64,000 nt of DNA, from NCBI GenBank assembly GCA_965218095.1, contig OZ244587.1, forward strand, positions 5,184,001-5,248,000. The letters run 5' to 3'. This DNA is from Candidatus Poribacteria bacterium (GTDB lineage Bacteria; Poribacteria; WGA-4E; PCPOR2b). The notes beneath the pieces were generated by a model. The model saw nothing but the letters and a program-made list of their open reading frames with translations. It was not told the DNA's origin and ran no database searches. The translations under genes were made by a program, and so were the position numbers. Positions 50,767-61,025 of the stretch are shown here, one piece after another. Every line of letters starts with the position of its first letter. Position 1 is the stretch's first letter.

Positions 50767-52107
50767 CTACCGGACAAGGCGGCGGAAGGGGTCTTTCTTG
50801 AGGTCGCATTCCAGCAGATCGTCCACGTTGCCCGCGTCCAGGCCGGATTTAATCACGCCCAACGCCTCCGCCACCGCTTCGGCGGTCAGGCGGATGTCTT
50901 CTTCGGTGTGGGCAAGGGTTCCCTTGAACCCCATAGCACAGTGGACGCCACGCCTCGCCATTTCCTGGATGAATAGCGTCTTCACTGTGGAAGCCAGCGT
51001 TTCGTCAGGCAGATCGAGGGAGAGCGAAAGGCTGGTGTGGAGCCCGGTACAAGCGCCGGAGAAACCCACAGCAGCAATTGCATCATTCAGGGCGGCGCGC
51101 AAACTCTCGCCAATTTCCTTGAAGCGCGTTTCAGAGTCGCGCCGTTTCAGTTCCCGGATCGTCGTCAGCGCGGCAACCAACCCAATGTTGTCGCTCCAAT
51201 AGGAACTTGAGACGAACATGCGGCTGGTTGGCTCCATTGCCGCTCGCGATCCAACCACAGCGCCCATCGGATAGCCGTTTGACATCGCCTTTGCAACAAC
51301 AGTCATGTCTGGGGTAACACCCAGGTATTTTTGCAGACCGCCGATCGAAAACCGCCAGCCGCAGGACACTTCGTCAAAAATCAGAATGGCGTCATGCTGT
51401 TGGGCGAGGGCTTTGACCCCTTCCAGATACCCGGGATCAGGAAGCTCAGAGCGGGCAGGTTCCATCATAACCGCGGCAATCTCACCTTGATATTCCTCTA
51501 GCAGTCCTTCCAGCATGGCAAGGTCTCCATAGATAAAGGGAATGGCGGTGCCAGCCAACGCCCTGGGTACGCCGATTGGCTCAATCCCTGCAAATGGGTA
51601 CTCGCCGCTTTCCGGGTCAACGCCGTAGTTCGCCGCTTGGTACCAGTCGTGCCACCCATGGTAGCCACAGAAAAGGATCTTGTCTCTGCCGGTTGTCCCG
51701 CGGGCGATGCGAGCTGCAACTGCACAGGCTTCGCCACCTCCTTTGGTGTACCGGACCATCTCGGCGCTGGGAATGGTGTCTATGAGTTCTTCCGCCAAGT
51801 CAATTTCTAAAGGGCCATTTAGGGTGTAAAGGCTACCCCGATCAATTTGCGCTTTGACCGCCGTATCGACAACCGGATCAGCATGACCAAGGATAATCGC
51901 GCCAACCGCATTGACCCAATCGATGAATTCATTGCCATCGACATCGATAAAACGGGAGCCTTTTGCACGTTGGGCATAGACGGGGCTGACGCCGTTGGCA
52001 AACTGGCTGGCTCGACGGCTGATCAGTTGGGTCCAGCCAGGGATAATTTCGCCGGTACGCTGATAGAGTTTGTAAGAACGGGTGACGTCGTGGTTAAGTA
52101 CAGGCAT
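50767..52107 (-). CDS. Class III aminotransferase (glutamate-1-semialdehyde aminomutase-like)
   Basis: DVDGNEFID, ILGHA, CGYHGWHDW, LIFDEV, AKAMSNGYP. Confidence 0.9.
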   Translation of the reverse strand: MPVLNHDVTRSYKLYQRTGEIIPGWTQLISRRASQFANGVSPVYAQRAKGSRFIDVDGNEFIDWVNAVGAIILGHADPVVDTAVKAQIDRGSLYTLNGPLEIDLAEELIDTIPSAEMVRYTKGGGEACAVAARIARGTTGRDKILFCGYHGWHDWYQAANYGVDPESGEYPFAGIEPIGVPRALAGTAIPFIYGDLAMLEGLLEEYQGEIAAVMMEPARSELPDPGYLEGVKALAQQHDAILIFDEVSCGWRFSIGGLQKYLGVTPDMTVVAKAMSNGYPMGAVVGSRAAMEPTSRMFVSSSYWSDNIGLVAALTTIRELKRRDSETRFKEIGESLRAALNDAIAAVGFSGACTGLHTSLSLSLDLPDETLASTVKTLFIQEMARRGVHCAMGFKGTLAHTEEDIRLTAEAVAEALGVIKSGLDAGNVDDLLECDLKKDPFRRLVR

Positions 52108-52289
52108 TTGTAACTCCTTTCGGTGTGAAAGTGTTTTGCTTCAGAGCACAGTTGACAAGAATCTGGGTATTTTGTGTTGTGTATTTCGTATTTTTGACGC
52201 GCTACGCAATATGCGCTAGCGGTTCATTACACCAACATGCTCTAGTTTGGTCAATTGATTCTTGAAAATTGGAGGCTTAACTTCGGTCA

Positions 52290-52490
52290 ACTATGCGGCT
52301 TCTCCTCTTCCGCCGTTAGCCCATCATCTTAATTTTTCTCCACTAACGCCTCAATCCTTTCCTAGACGTGAGTCGACGCTTTGAAAATCGGAACGCCTTC
52401 AACAAGTTCGATTCGGACGGCCCCTTCGATAGGTAGTGATGCCGGCAGCGTTTGGAGATTCGGTAAGGGGTGAACAAGCAGGTTATTCAT
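52290..52490 (-). pseudogene. Decayed small hypothetical gene
   Basis: AAGGAG RBS; LPIEGAVRIELVEGVPIFKASTHV*ERIEALVEK with in-frame TAG. Confidence 0.5.
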
Positions 52491-52549
52491 TGTGGTTCTC
52501 TCCTTGTGATAGCGTTTTTCCGGGTTTGCACGAGCGCAAAGTTTCGGGA

Positions 52550-53560
52550 TTAATCCTGCCAATTAAAGATGACACCCAACATCGACTTCTCCCGATCATA
52601 TGCCATCTCGTAGGCTTTGACCATCTCGGTATAATGAAGACGATGGGTGATTAACCGCTTCGGCTCAAGGAGACCGTCAGCCATCAGGAAAACGATATAA
52701 TCCCCAGAACGGTCATTACTAAATCGGTCTGCGGATGTTGGATACAGATAACCGGACGGCCCCGACACAGCGATGATAGAGATGCCCTTATTATAGAACC
52801 ATTCCATCGCCAGCGGATTAAAATCAAGGGGCGGTTCGCCGCGCCCGAGAAGGCTGACGATAGAAACGCGTCCGTTGTGCCGGACGATCTCTACAGAGGT
52901 GCGGAACGCGGGCCAAGGATTCGCGGTGAGGATGACCAAGTCAATGCCGACGCCGTGGGTGAATTCATCCAGCTTCGCTTCGAGATCGGGGTCATCGGAC
53001 ATGTACGCGGCGTGAGCCCCCATCTGCTCTGCCATCTCTAGGCGGATGAGGCTGTTACCAATTCCTACCACTCGCGCCCCAAAAGGCGGACCAAGCGCAA
53101 CCGCGCCCAGCCCGAGCACACCCAGCCCAACCACTGCCACATATTCGCCCGGTTGGAAATGCGCTTTTCGGTAGCAGTGGCCGCTGAGGGCGTAGAGGTG
53201 TGTGTAGACCGCATCTTCCGGATGGACGCCATCCGGGACTCTGACAATGCTGGCGGATTCGTTGGTGATGTATTCGGATTGGTGGGGCTGCCGGGTCACC
53301 ACCCGGTCGCCAATCCGGACGCGGGTAACAGCGCTCCCCACGCCGTGAACAATCCCCAAATTACTGTCGCCGACCCATCGAGGGTAATCGGGCGCGCCCG
53401 GAACCTGGTCCGCGCCTTCGTAGTTGCCGCGGTCGGTCCCGATTTTCAGGGCGGTAATCTCAGTCTCGATCCAGATTTCGTCAGGTTTCAGGTTGCTGGT
53501 ATCAAGAGGTTGCTCCTCAATACGCAGGTCCCTCGGACCGTAAAGAATTGGAATTTTCAT
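52550..53560 (-). CDS. MDR-family (zinc-binding-type) dehydrogenase
   Basis: IGTD, VGDSNLG, VVGLGVLG, LITHR. Confidence 0.85.
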   Translation of the reverse strand: MKIPILYGPRDLRIEEQPLDTSNLKPDEIWIETEITALKIGTDRGNYEGADQVPGAPDYPRWVGDSNLGIVHGVGSAVTRVRIGDRVVTRQPHQSEYITNESASIVRVPDGVHPEDAVYTHLYALSGHCYRKAHFQPGEYVAVVGLGVLGLGAVALGPPFGARVVGIGNSLIRLEMAEQMGAHAAYMSDDPDLEAKLDEFTHGVGIDLVILTANPWPAFRTSVEIVRHNGRVSIVSLLGRGEPPLDFNPLAMEWFYNKGISIIAVSGPSGYLYPTSADRFSNDRSGDYIVFLMADGLLEPKRLITHRLHYTEMVKAYEMAYDREKSMLGVIFNWQD

Positions 53561-53860
53561 AGCATCTCCCTACAAGCGACCATACACAGCGTTTCAGTTG
53601 ACGTATGCTTCTTCCGTTCGGAAGGAGTAATGTGTCAATCGAATCGCATCTCGGCCCTGGTCAAGAAGTTTCCCGTGGCGGTTGCCCACCGCCGCATCTC
53701 CAACTATATACTTGACTGAACTCTCGTTGTGAAACCATAATTATCAGCAGGTTTCTGAATTGGGGGATTTAACCCAAATTCAGAAATACGTACAACAGGA
53801 GTATACGGAAAAAATTCCGTCTAATTACAAGTTCAATGAGAAAGGACTACAATCCCCTCT

Positions 53861-54555
53861 ATGACTGGCTCAATTCTTGAACGGTGGGATATCACACCCG
53901 AAGAACTTACCGAGGTTATTGACCAGAATCCGAGCCTTCGCGGTATGATTCTTGGATATTTGGCAGAGTTGAAACCGAAAAACTTTGGTTGTCGGGTAAA
54001 GGGATTTCGGACGTGACCAAGCATGACGATCACGATCGAAAGAAGAAGGGAGACCGGGTGATCCGCTATAAAAAGCATGAGTTTACCTTTGAGTCCAAGT
54101 CCTTGCAGACAGCGATGATCAGGAAGACGGATGATGGTTGGGTGGGAAAAGCACAAGTTGACGCCAATGACCGCCGAGAGGTGGTCTTGCCAGACGGCAG
54201 CACCGTCACAACCACTTGCTTGCTAAAAGGAGAGTTTGATATGCTGGCCGTTAACATTTTTGCCTTTGAAGATACTTGGCGCTTCGTTTTTACGAAGAAT
54301 TCCGATCTGCCCACATCGAACTACAAGAAGTACACGGAATATCAGCGCCAGCATTTGTTGGCTACATTCGTCGAAGTTCACTGGCCCCCTAAGCCTCCAT
54401 TTTCCGAAGAGCCATTCACGTTGATGAACGAGATCATTCAGAACCGGTATGAGATGCCTTTTTTCCCTTCGGAATTTTCACGAACACAAGAAAGTAGGAA
54501 TGGTTTTTCCTGGCGTGAACCTGTTTCAGCAATCTGCTCATCCCAGGCCTATTAG
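53861..54555 (+). pseudogene. Type II restriction-endonuclease-like gene with a 1-nt frameshift near 53975
   Basis: MTGSILERWDITPEELTEVIDQNPSLRGMILGYLAELK, then shifted frame EKLWLSGKG..DDHDRKKKGD..ESKSLQT (PD-ExK-like); convergent with a DNA MTase. Confidence 0.65.
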
Positions 54556-55192
54556 GCCGCACAACGACGAACAGGTCCTTACAGAAGAAACCCATTTCTG
54601 CATATGCAGAAATGACTTCGACGTGGGTGAGATTTTGGCGATTAGCACTTACTTCATCCTGGCATTTCACAATGAACACGCCACGGTCACGCAGTACGCG
54701 ATGGGCTTCGCGTCCACCTTCTTCGTAGAGTTCGATGACCGCTGCGTGCCATTTTCCGCCTCCATTTTTTGGTGCTTCGTGTCCATTCGAGTAGTGGTCA
54801 CGAAACGCATTATGTGTTCCTGCACCGGCTTTAATCGAATTACGATTTCGGAAGAATCCCTCCATGTAAGGCGGATCAAAGACAATACAATCAAACGATT
54901 CATCCTCGTAGGGCAGATTACGGCAGTCGGTTCCATCAGCGATGTCTGATGGATGAAAGTCGTACTTCTCGATACGAATTTTCCGCCAGAAGACACCTTT
55001 TCCATAGGTAACGTCAGCAATCTTCGACCCTTCCGGGACATGGAGGCGCAGCACATTGGGAAAGATGTCTGCATTATTCCCTACATAGGCCGATAAGACC
55101 AGATTAGTTGTGGCGACCCCGTCTGGTCTTTTTCGTCCCGATGGTGTCCGTTCTTCCGGCGTAAACAGGAGGTCTAATTGTTGTTGCGCCAT
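54434..55192 (-). CDS. DNA amino-methyltransferase (m6A/m4C)
   Basis: Motif I DVTYGKG precedes motif IV FDPPY. Confidence 0.8.
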   Translation of the reverse strand: MAQQQLDLLFTPEERTPSGRKRPDGVATTNLVLSAYVGNNADIFPNVLRLHVPEGSKIADVTYGKGVFWRKIRIEKYDFHPSDIADGTDCRNLPYEDESFDCIVFDPPYMEGFFRNRNSIKAGAGTHNAFRDHYSNGHEAPKNGGGKWHAAVIELYEEGGREAHRVLRDRGVFIVKCQDEVSANRQNLTHVEVISAYAEMGFFCKDLFVVVRPNRPGMSRLLKQVHARKNHSYFLVFVKIPKGKKASHTGSE

Positions 55193-55556
55193 TGCCTAAC
55201 CGCCTTTCCCAAACTCGCTTTTATGGATGTCTCTGATAACGTCCGCCATTTTTCCACCTTTTCGTGTGCACTCTACTTTTATGGCTGAATGAAGGTTTGC
55301 GGGCACATCAATGGTTAGCCGTTTCATTTTGGATTTCACCTAGAATCCGACAGCTTGTTCACAGGCAACTAATTTTTTTCGGACGTATCTTTGTCGTATA
55401 TTATAATTTACGATTATACGACTGTGGTTATGGGTTGTCAAGAAAAAACTCATCGAATAAGGCACTCCACCTGATCGCTATTCCGTCGCGCTCCATATCG
55501 TTAGTAGGAACTTGGACTCTATTATTAGCTTGATTGAAGAGGGCATCCCACGCCCT

Positions 55557-55578
55557 AACTGAACTCGGCTCGTTAGGA
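55557..55578 (+). repeat. Right half of an attC-like site
   Basis: AACTGAAC-N7-GTTAGGA, 15 nt before the next start codon. Confidence 0.6.
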
Positions 55579-55592
55579 GGTGAAGGAGACCA

Positions 55593-56042
55593 GTGAATAT
55601 ACACAGTCCCTATGACCAACTTACTGGAGGCACATGGCTGGCAAGGATCGTTGACAAAGTTCGGCGAGATCAGGAGGGAACTTTAAGCGGGGAGTATCAA
55701 GAATATCTGTGTAATCCCAGAGCAATGGACGGGTTGTTCTTGCACTTCTTCGACATAGCCCCCGATGAATTTGTTAACAATGTGTGCAAGCATTTGACCG
55801 ATGAAGACTTCGAGAGGTGGTTTTTAGGATTGCATGGCGTGACACCAGAGACAATCAGTCAGTGGAATGATCTCGCCGTGCTGCTCGGATCTGATGGGAC
55901 ACGTTCTCGTTCGAAGTTTGAAGCGGTTTTGAAGACCATCTATTCTGGGTGCGATGATCCTACGGTTCAGACATTCTATGACATTATCGACTGGGACGAG
56001 GGAAGATTTTCCAATCCCAAAAAGAGACAGTATCTCACTTAA
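55593..56042 (+). CDS. DUF5069-like cassette protein
   Basis: WLARIVDKVR..G.L..EY..MD..FL.FF, D.IDWDEGR; stop codon lies within the attC R'' box. Confidence 0.75.
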   Translation: MNIHSPYDQLTGGTWLARIVDKVRRDQEGTLSGEYQEYLCNPRAMDGLFLHFFDIAPDEFVNNVCKHLTDEDFERWFLGLHGVTPETISQWNDLAVLLGSDGTRSRSKFEAVLKTIYSGCDDPTVQTFYDIIDWDEGRFSNPKKRQYLT

Positions 56043-56165
56043 CCCGTTGCTACAGTTGACGGAGGGGAGTAGTGGTTTTAATAATGTTTTGGAGTTGCGA
56101 CGGGTTTTGGGTTGTCGAGCGTTTTTCGGCAAACCCCCGCCGCAACTGAACTTTGGCAGTTAGGC
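56037..56165 (+). repeat. Complete integron attC site, 129 bp
   Basis: R'' ACTTAAC; CAGTTG(A)CGGAGGGG pairs with CCCCGCCGCAACTG leaving an extrahelical base; R' GTTAGGC. Confidence 0.85.
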
Positions 56166-56185
56166 AGAATAAGGAGCAGAAAATC

Positions 56186-56860
56186 ATGGAACCAGATTTC
56201 TACATCAAGGTGTTGTTTTCAATTACGCTTGGGATGATGACAATTCCTTTCCTTGTCATCGGGATTCGGGGGATCAAGACCCAGCGGCCTTTCCTGGTCT
56301 CATCGGTGTGGCCGGTTGCAATGATACTTGTGGTTTTCATTCCATTACTCTTATTCCCTCTCTTATTTATGTTTTCGCAACCCATTCCCCTCACGAGTTT
56401 ATCCCTCCTTCTTCTATCCGCGTGTAGCCTTCTGACGGCGGTGTGTAGCCTTCTGATAGTAATAGTATGTGACACGATGAAGGGTTACATGGCATTCGGC
56501 GTGACATACACGCCATTTCATGAAGGGCTACTGGCAACGCTCGAAGAACTACAGTTGCCCTACGAAGAGCCCTCTTCCTTAAGAAGACTTAGATCTGTTG
56601 GCTCAAAACGGCTCATAAGGCTGACATCTGTTGAAGCTGACCTGCAAGTGTCTATGTGGATGGGAACAGTCCATCTCAAGGTCAAACAGAACCAGCACTA
56701 CTCCTTGCTCAAAGAAATCGCCAACGCGATGAATCAATACTTCCGGACATCGTCTCTGGGTACAAATATGATTCCCTTTGCTTTCTATCTGCTCACGGCG
56801 GTAGGGGTTTTCACAGTGGTTCTCACAATTGGCGTGTTATTCTTTCCAAGCATTCTCTGA
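56186..56860 (+). CDS. Hypothetical membrane cassette protein
   Basis: AAGGAG RBS just after R'; about four TM helices. Confidence 0.7.
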   Translation: MEPDFYIKVLFSITLGMMTIPFLVIGIRGIKTQRPFLVSSVWPVAMILVVFIPLLLFPLLFMFSQPIPLTSLSLLLLSACSLLTAVCSLLIVIVCDTMKGYMAFGVTYTPFHEGLLATLEELQLPYEEPSSLRRLRSVGSKRLIRLTSVEADLQVSMWMGTVHLKVKQNQHYSLLKEIANAMNQYFRTSSLGTNMIPFAFYLLTAVGVFTVVLTIGVLFFPSIL

Positions 56861-56937
56861 CCACCATTTTCGTTGACGGTCGGTTCAGGTGATTCCTATT
56901 GGTAAACCCCTGCTGTCACTCAACTTTTTCATTAGGA
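56855..56937 (+). repeat. Degenerate attC-like site
   Basis: Starts at the stop codon; CGTTGACGG ... CTGTCACTCAAC-N6-ATTAGGA. Confidence 0.45.
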
Positions 56938-56950
56938 GGAACTGACATCA

Positions 56951-57200
56951 ATGAGGACGATTGTCATGCTATCGGTGATGTTATTGCCATTTTTGGCTGT
57001 GGTGATTGGTGAGAGTCACAATGGACGCCACAATAGCCCACCTGTCATTGATCAATTGTTCCAGAGCAGGTGGTCAACCTAGGTGACAGTGTCGAATTAC
57101 AGGTTGACGCGGATGGCGACGTGTTGAGCTATGTATGGGAAGTAAAAAAAGGGAAACTGGATTCAAGAACGGAGCGCACCGTGAAATGGACAGCCTGTTG
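56951..57200 (+). pseudogene. Decayed secreted PKD/Ig-domain gene
   Basis: Frameshifted pieces NSPPVIDQ and LGDSVELQVDADGDVLSYVWEVKKGKL..VKWTA. Confidence 0.5.
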
Positions 57201-57291
57201 AAGATCGACTTAGGTCGTTCGGATGAAAGGCGATCGCATGTTCCATGAGAGGTCAATCGCTCTCCACAGGGCCATAAGGAGTTCATTTCTC

Positions 57292-57690
57292 ATGAGGGAG
57301 TTCAACGACGCTGAAAAACAGCAACTGCAAGCGAAGATTAAAGACGAGCAAGAACGGCAACATCAGACTGTTAAAGAGATTGCTCTAAGAAACGAAGAAG
57401 CGTCAAAAAGCGGAACTTCGACCGCGTTAAGCTATTTCTGGAAATATGGTTTCCTGGTGATTATTCTTTGCCTGCTCGCCTTCAACGTGATTATCCTACT
57501 GCTTTGGTGGGATTTCGTTTATGACCGATACGCCAACCTCGTAGTCGCGTTGGCGCTACTATTCAATCACATCGTGTTTTACCTCACGAAAATAGGTTGG
57601 CCAAGCCGCGTGATGAAAACGATTGCATGTATTTGGATAGTATTTGCACTTGCCTACATACTTTGGGTTTTGAGCGTTCAGTTCGCCTGA
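57292..57690 (+). CDS. Hypothetical membrane cassette protein
   Basis: AAGGAG RBS; three TM helices; followed by an attC-like site. Confidence 0.65.
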   Translation: MREFNDAEKQQLQAKIKDEQERQHQTVKEIALRNEEASKSGTSTALSYFWKYGFLVIILCLLAFNVIILLLWWDFVYDRYANLVVALALLFNHIVFYLTKIGWPSRVMKTIACIWIVFALAYILWVLSVQFA

Positions 57691-57833
57691 GCGGTCGTTG
57701 CCGTTGAAGGCGGGCCTCCTCCCGTTTTTTCGATGTTTTTCGGGTTGCAGTGGGGTTTGGTCTGTCCGACCATTTTCGGAAAACCCCACCGTGCTCGCCC
57801 GATTCATCGGACAACTGAACTTTTTCGTTGGAG
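57685..57833 (+). repeat. Degenerate attC-like site with an inserted palindrome
   Basis: GCCTGAG..CCGTTGAAGG..GGGGTTTGG..TTTTCGGAAAACCCCACCG..CCGATTCATCGG-ACAACTGAAC-N6-GTTGGAG; resembles 56037-56165. Confidence 0.6.
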
Positions 57834-57921
57834 GACTATTTCAAACATGGAATTAAACAAGGGTGGTTCATAATTCAATGCGCGTCATCGCTGGATTGGC
57901 GCGGGGTCGTCTTGATCGATT

Positions 57922-57970
57922 GTAGGGGCGAGGTTCCCTCGCCCGACGGGTTGGGATCCCCAACCCCTAT
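57922..57970. repeat. GTAG-type REP doublet
   Basis: GTAGGGGCGAGGTTCCCTCGCCC ... GGGTTGGGATCCCCAACCCCTAT. Confidence 0.75.
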
Positions 57971-57999
57971 CCATTCAGGATGTATTTATGTGCCACCCT

Positions 58000-58101
58000 C
58001 AAGTCAACCCCAAAACCTACGAAGTCCGTGCTGATGGCGAACTCCTGACCTGCGAACCCACCGAAATCCTTCCAATGGCGCAGCGTGACCTTCTGTTTTG
58101 A
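58000..58101 (+). pseudogene. ureC: Urease alpha subunit C-terminal remnant
   Basis: Manual translation [33 protein letters not shown]. Confidence 0.85.
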
Positions 58102-58194
58102 AGGCTGTGACGGCTTGCTTCACGTTTGTGATTGTGTTGATGTCTGGTGTCGTGTTATAATGGCAATACGACACACAGAAAGGGAAATTCGGCT

Positions 58195-58263
58195 ATGGGA
58201 CTCACGAAAGTTACCGCAAAGATCACACGCCTTGGGGAGGCTACAGGGAGTTATGAAGAAAGA
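58195..58263 (+). pseudogene. N-terminal stub resembling a clan AA aspartic protease
   Basis: MGLTKVTAKITRLGEATGSYEE after a TATAAT box and RBS; breaks before any DTG motif. Confidence 0.4.
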
Positions 58264-58373
58264 AATTTTACTCAGGAAATTGTGTGCGCCTTTAATTCTG
58301 GGGGGCAACGGAATAATGTGACGAGGCCAAGACAGTGCTCTTGCCAGTCCCAATACAGTGGAGGAAACCAATC

Positions 58374-58850
58374 ATGAAAAATACGTACACTTTATGTCGT
58401 GTGATTTTACTATGCTTTACACTCCCCCCCCTGCTTGGCTGTGTTCTAAAATCGGACGAAGATTCCAATATCCAGTCGAAACTGAATCAGAATCGGAGGA
58501 AGTGGGCGTCGGAAATGGTGTCCAATTATCAATTCGATTTCCGATGGTCCTGTTATTGCGGTCCGGAATATATCGACCCGGTTAACATCTCTGTGCGTAA
58601 AAACAGAATTGACAGTGCAGCTCTCGTGGAAGGTAACGTTCCAATTCCCATCGAAGTTGCTGTCACGCGTTACCGCACAATTGAGGGGCTTTTTGATCTC
58701 CTGCAAGAGGGAATCAATAAGAATGCACACAGCATTTTAGCTGAATATCACTCTGAGTTGGGTTACCTGACTGATGCGTGGATCGATTATGATGAGCATA
58801 CTGTCGACGAAGAACTTGGCTTCGAGATCGATGGTCTGCTCATAGAATGA
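58374..58850 (+). CDS. DUF6174-like lipoprotein
   Basis: Lipobox LLGC; W..NYQF...SCYC, TIEGLFD, YHSELGY, DEE. Confidence 0.7.
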   Translation: MKNTYTLCRVILLCFTLPPLLGCVLKSDEDSNIQSKLNQNRRKWASEMVSNYQFDFRWSCYCGPEYIDPVNISVRKNRIDSAALVEGNVPIPIEVAVTRYRTIEGLFDLLQEGINKNAHSILAEYHSELGYLTDAWIDYDEHTVDEELGFEIDGLLIE

Positions 58851-58886
58851 CGATAACTCTTACGACTGCCATAGAGAAAACACACA

Positions 58887-59099
58887 ATGCTCATCATCGA
58901 AAACATCGTCAAAGAAGAGACCAAACACCATCCACGAGAGCAGGTTTTTGCGGGAATTAGTTTGCTTGTTTTGGGACCGATTAGCGTGCGTATCTCCTGC
59001 GAGCTCCTTATCGTCATATTCTCCATTAACGATACGCTTACAGATGTCAAGAACCTGTTGCAATCTGAGCAAGAACAGGATGAGCAAACCCGTTTGTAG
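58887..59099 (+). pseudogene. DUF4282-like C-terminal fragment
   Basis: LGPISVRISCELLIVIFSINDTLTDVK. Confidence 0.5.
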
Positions 59100-59163
59100 A
59101 TAGAAAAACTAGAACCTCCGTTGTCCCTGTGATACTATCAGTCACCTTTCGGAGTACATCTCA

Positions 59164-60918
59164 GTGATTCGCAATAAAGGCAAAACCCTAAAAGGACAGA
59201 TTGTTCTCATGTTTCTTCTAATCGGGCTATCTCCGCTGTTTGCTGCCTCGATTCTCTCTTTCTATTCGAGCCAGAAGACATTGAAGCAGGTCATCGGTAC
59301 TTTAGAGCAAGATCTGTCGATTGAGGTCATGGATAAGATTGACCGCGAGATGGAGAACGCCCGCCTTTTGGTCAGGAACTGGGGGCGCATTCCAGAGGTT
59401 TTAGAAATCGTGCTCGCCGGTGGGCAGAAGCCAGCCCATGAACTCCTCAATAGCTGGAAGCACGACGGATTAACTTCAACTTCCGGAGCCAAGTTGCTCA
59501 AGACACTCCAGCAGACAGCGCCGAATCGGTTCGAGGAGATCTTTCTGACAGATCGGCGCGGATATGTCGTCGCTGCCACAAACAAAACAAGTGACTTCGA
59601 TCAAGGGCCGGAAGATGATCCGCCATCCGGTGAACCGTGGTGGGTGGCGGCGAGAACAAAAGGTGAACACATCGGAGATGTTGACTTTGATGAAAGCGCA
59701 GACATTTATTCCGTCGATATCAACATAAGCATCAAGACGGATGGCGGGCAAATTGTGGGCATTATTAAGGCAGTCTACAATGTGGAGAACATCCGGAATC
59801 TAATCGGAGCCGTCAGCGAGACGGACACACGGCATTACGAACTGATAAACCGAAACGGTTTCATCGTTGCAACACGTGAGACGGAGCGGGATCGGATTCT
59901 AGAAGACAGATCTAGCGTCGTGCTCCCCAAGGCGGTTTGGACAAACCAGACTCATAAGAACGGGTTCATTGTCGGGGTTAAGGATGCCGAAAAAGTCCTT
60001 GTTGGCTGGTCTCGCGGCTCGGCGTGGACAGTATTAACGTACATCCCGCTCGAAGCGGCTTATACTCCCCTGAAGCAGCAAGGGCGGTGGCTCATGGCGG
60101 TATCCGCAATCGCTGCTGTTATCATACTTGTCATCGCGGTAGTTGTGGCGAATCGTGTGGTCTCCGAATTGCTCGGTAAGGAGCTCATGGCGCGAGAAAT
60201 CCAAACGGCTGAGGATATGCAGATGGGGCTGTTACCCAAAGCGCTTGACATTAGCGGGCTCGATCTGGCGGGGCGTTGCCTCTCAGCGAACCACGTCGGC
60301 GGGGATTATTACAACTATCTGTGGCTAGATTCCGATCGGACGAAACTCGCAATCGTCATCGCCGATGTTGCCGGACACGACATGGCTGCAGCAATCCCCG
60401 CCGTGATGTTCTCCGGGATGCTTGAGTTTGCCGTCAAAGAGGGGACGCCAGGCGCGATGCTCTGCGCACTAAATCGTATGCTCTGTCAGCAGCCCAAACG
60501 CACGCCCTTTATTACGTGCTGCGTCGCCGTCATTGATCTCGCTGAAAAGCAGATGCTCTGGTCGAAAGCGGGTCATCCCGGAATTTACCATTGTCGCCCA
60601 CACACAGACACTGTCTATGAACTGGCTTCGGAAAGCTACCCGCTCGGCGTATCCGGGAAGTCGCGGTATACAGATGAAGCGGTCAGTCTGTCCGAAGGGG
60701 ATCTGCTCATTTTTTACACCGATGGACTCACGGAGGTTCTCAACATCAACGAGGAGGCCTACGACTATGACCGACTCGAAAAGAGCATCCTCAGCATCGG
60801 GCGAAGCGGCATCTCATCAGTAGAAAGCATCAACCGAATGATAGACGATGTTCGCGGGTTTATCCAAAATCGTGAGCCGGAAGATGACATAACGCTTGTT
60901 GTGGCAAAGGTGACATAA
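59164..60918 (+). CDS. Membrane sensor PP2C/SpoIIE (RsbU-like) phosphatase with a Cache-like periplasmic domain
   Basis: Two TM helices, EIFLTDRRG, VGGDYY, IADVAGH, AGHP, YTDGLTE, DDITL. Confidence 0.9.
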   Translation: MIRNKGKTLKGQIVLMFLLIGLSPLFAASILSFYSSQKTLKQVIGTLEQDLSIEVMDKIDREMENARLLVRNWGRIPEVLEIVLAGGQKPAHELLNSWKHDGLTSTSGAKLLKTLQQTAPNRFEEIFLTDRRGYVVAATNKTSDFDQGPEDDPPSGEPWWVAARTKGEHIGDVDFDESADIYSVDINISIKTDGGQIVGIIKAVYNVENIRNLIGAVSETDTRHYELINRNGFIVATRETERDRILEDRSSVVLPKAVWTNQTHKNGFIVGVKDAEKVLVGWSRGSAWTVLTYIPLEAAYTPLKQQGRWLMAVSAIAAVIILVIAVVVANRVVSELLGKELMAREIQTAEDMQMGLLPKALDISGLDLAGRCLSANHVGGDYYNYLWLDSDRTKLAIVIADVAGHDMAAAIPAVMFSGMLEFAVKEGTPGAMLCALNRMLCQQPKRTPFITCCVAVIDLAEKQMLWSKAGHPGIYHCRPHTDTVYELASESYPLGVSGKSRYTDEAVSLSEGDLLIFYTDGLTEVLNINEEAYDYDRLEKSILSIGRSGISSVESINRMIDDVRGFIQNREPEDDITLVVAKVT

Positions 60919-60939
60919 GCTCGATAAAGACGTTCGTTC

Positions 60940-61018
60940 GTGCGAGTGCGGCGGGTTTTGGGTTGTTTTAGGTTTTCGGCAAAACACCCGCCGTGCCCGG
61001 TTATCTTGGATATTAGAG
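60940..61018 (+). repeat. Partial attC-like remnant
   Basis: TGCGGCGGGTTTTGGGTTGT..TTTTCGGCAAAACACCCGCCG closely matches the core at 56096-56142. Confidence 0.6.
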
Positions 61019-61025
61019 ATATGGT

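Noticed and set aside
55194-55200. GCCTAAC as an attC R'' box making the R-M pair a cassette
   Set aside because: No L box or palindrome follows; it also fits as the spacer between the MTase RBS and ATG.
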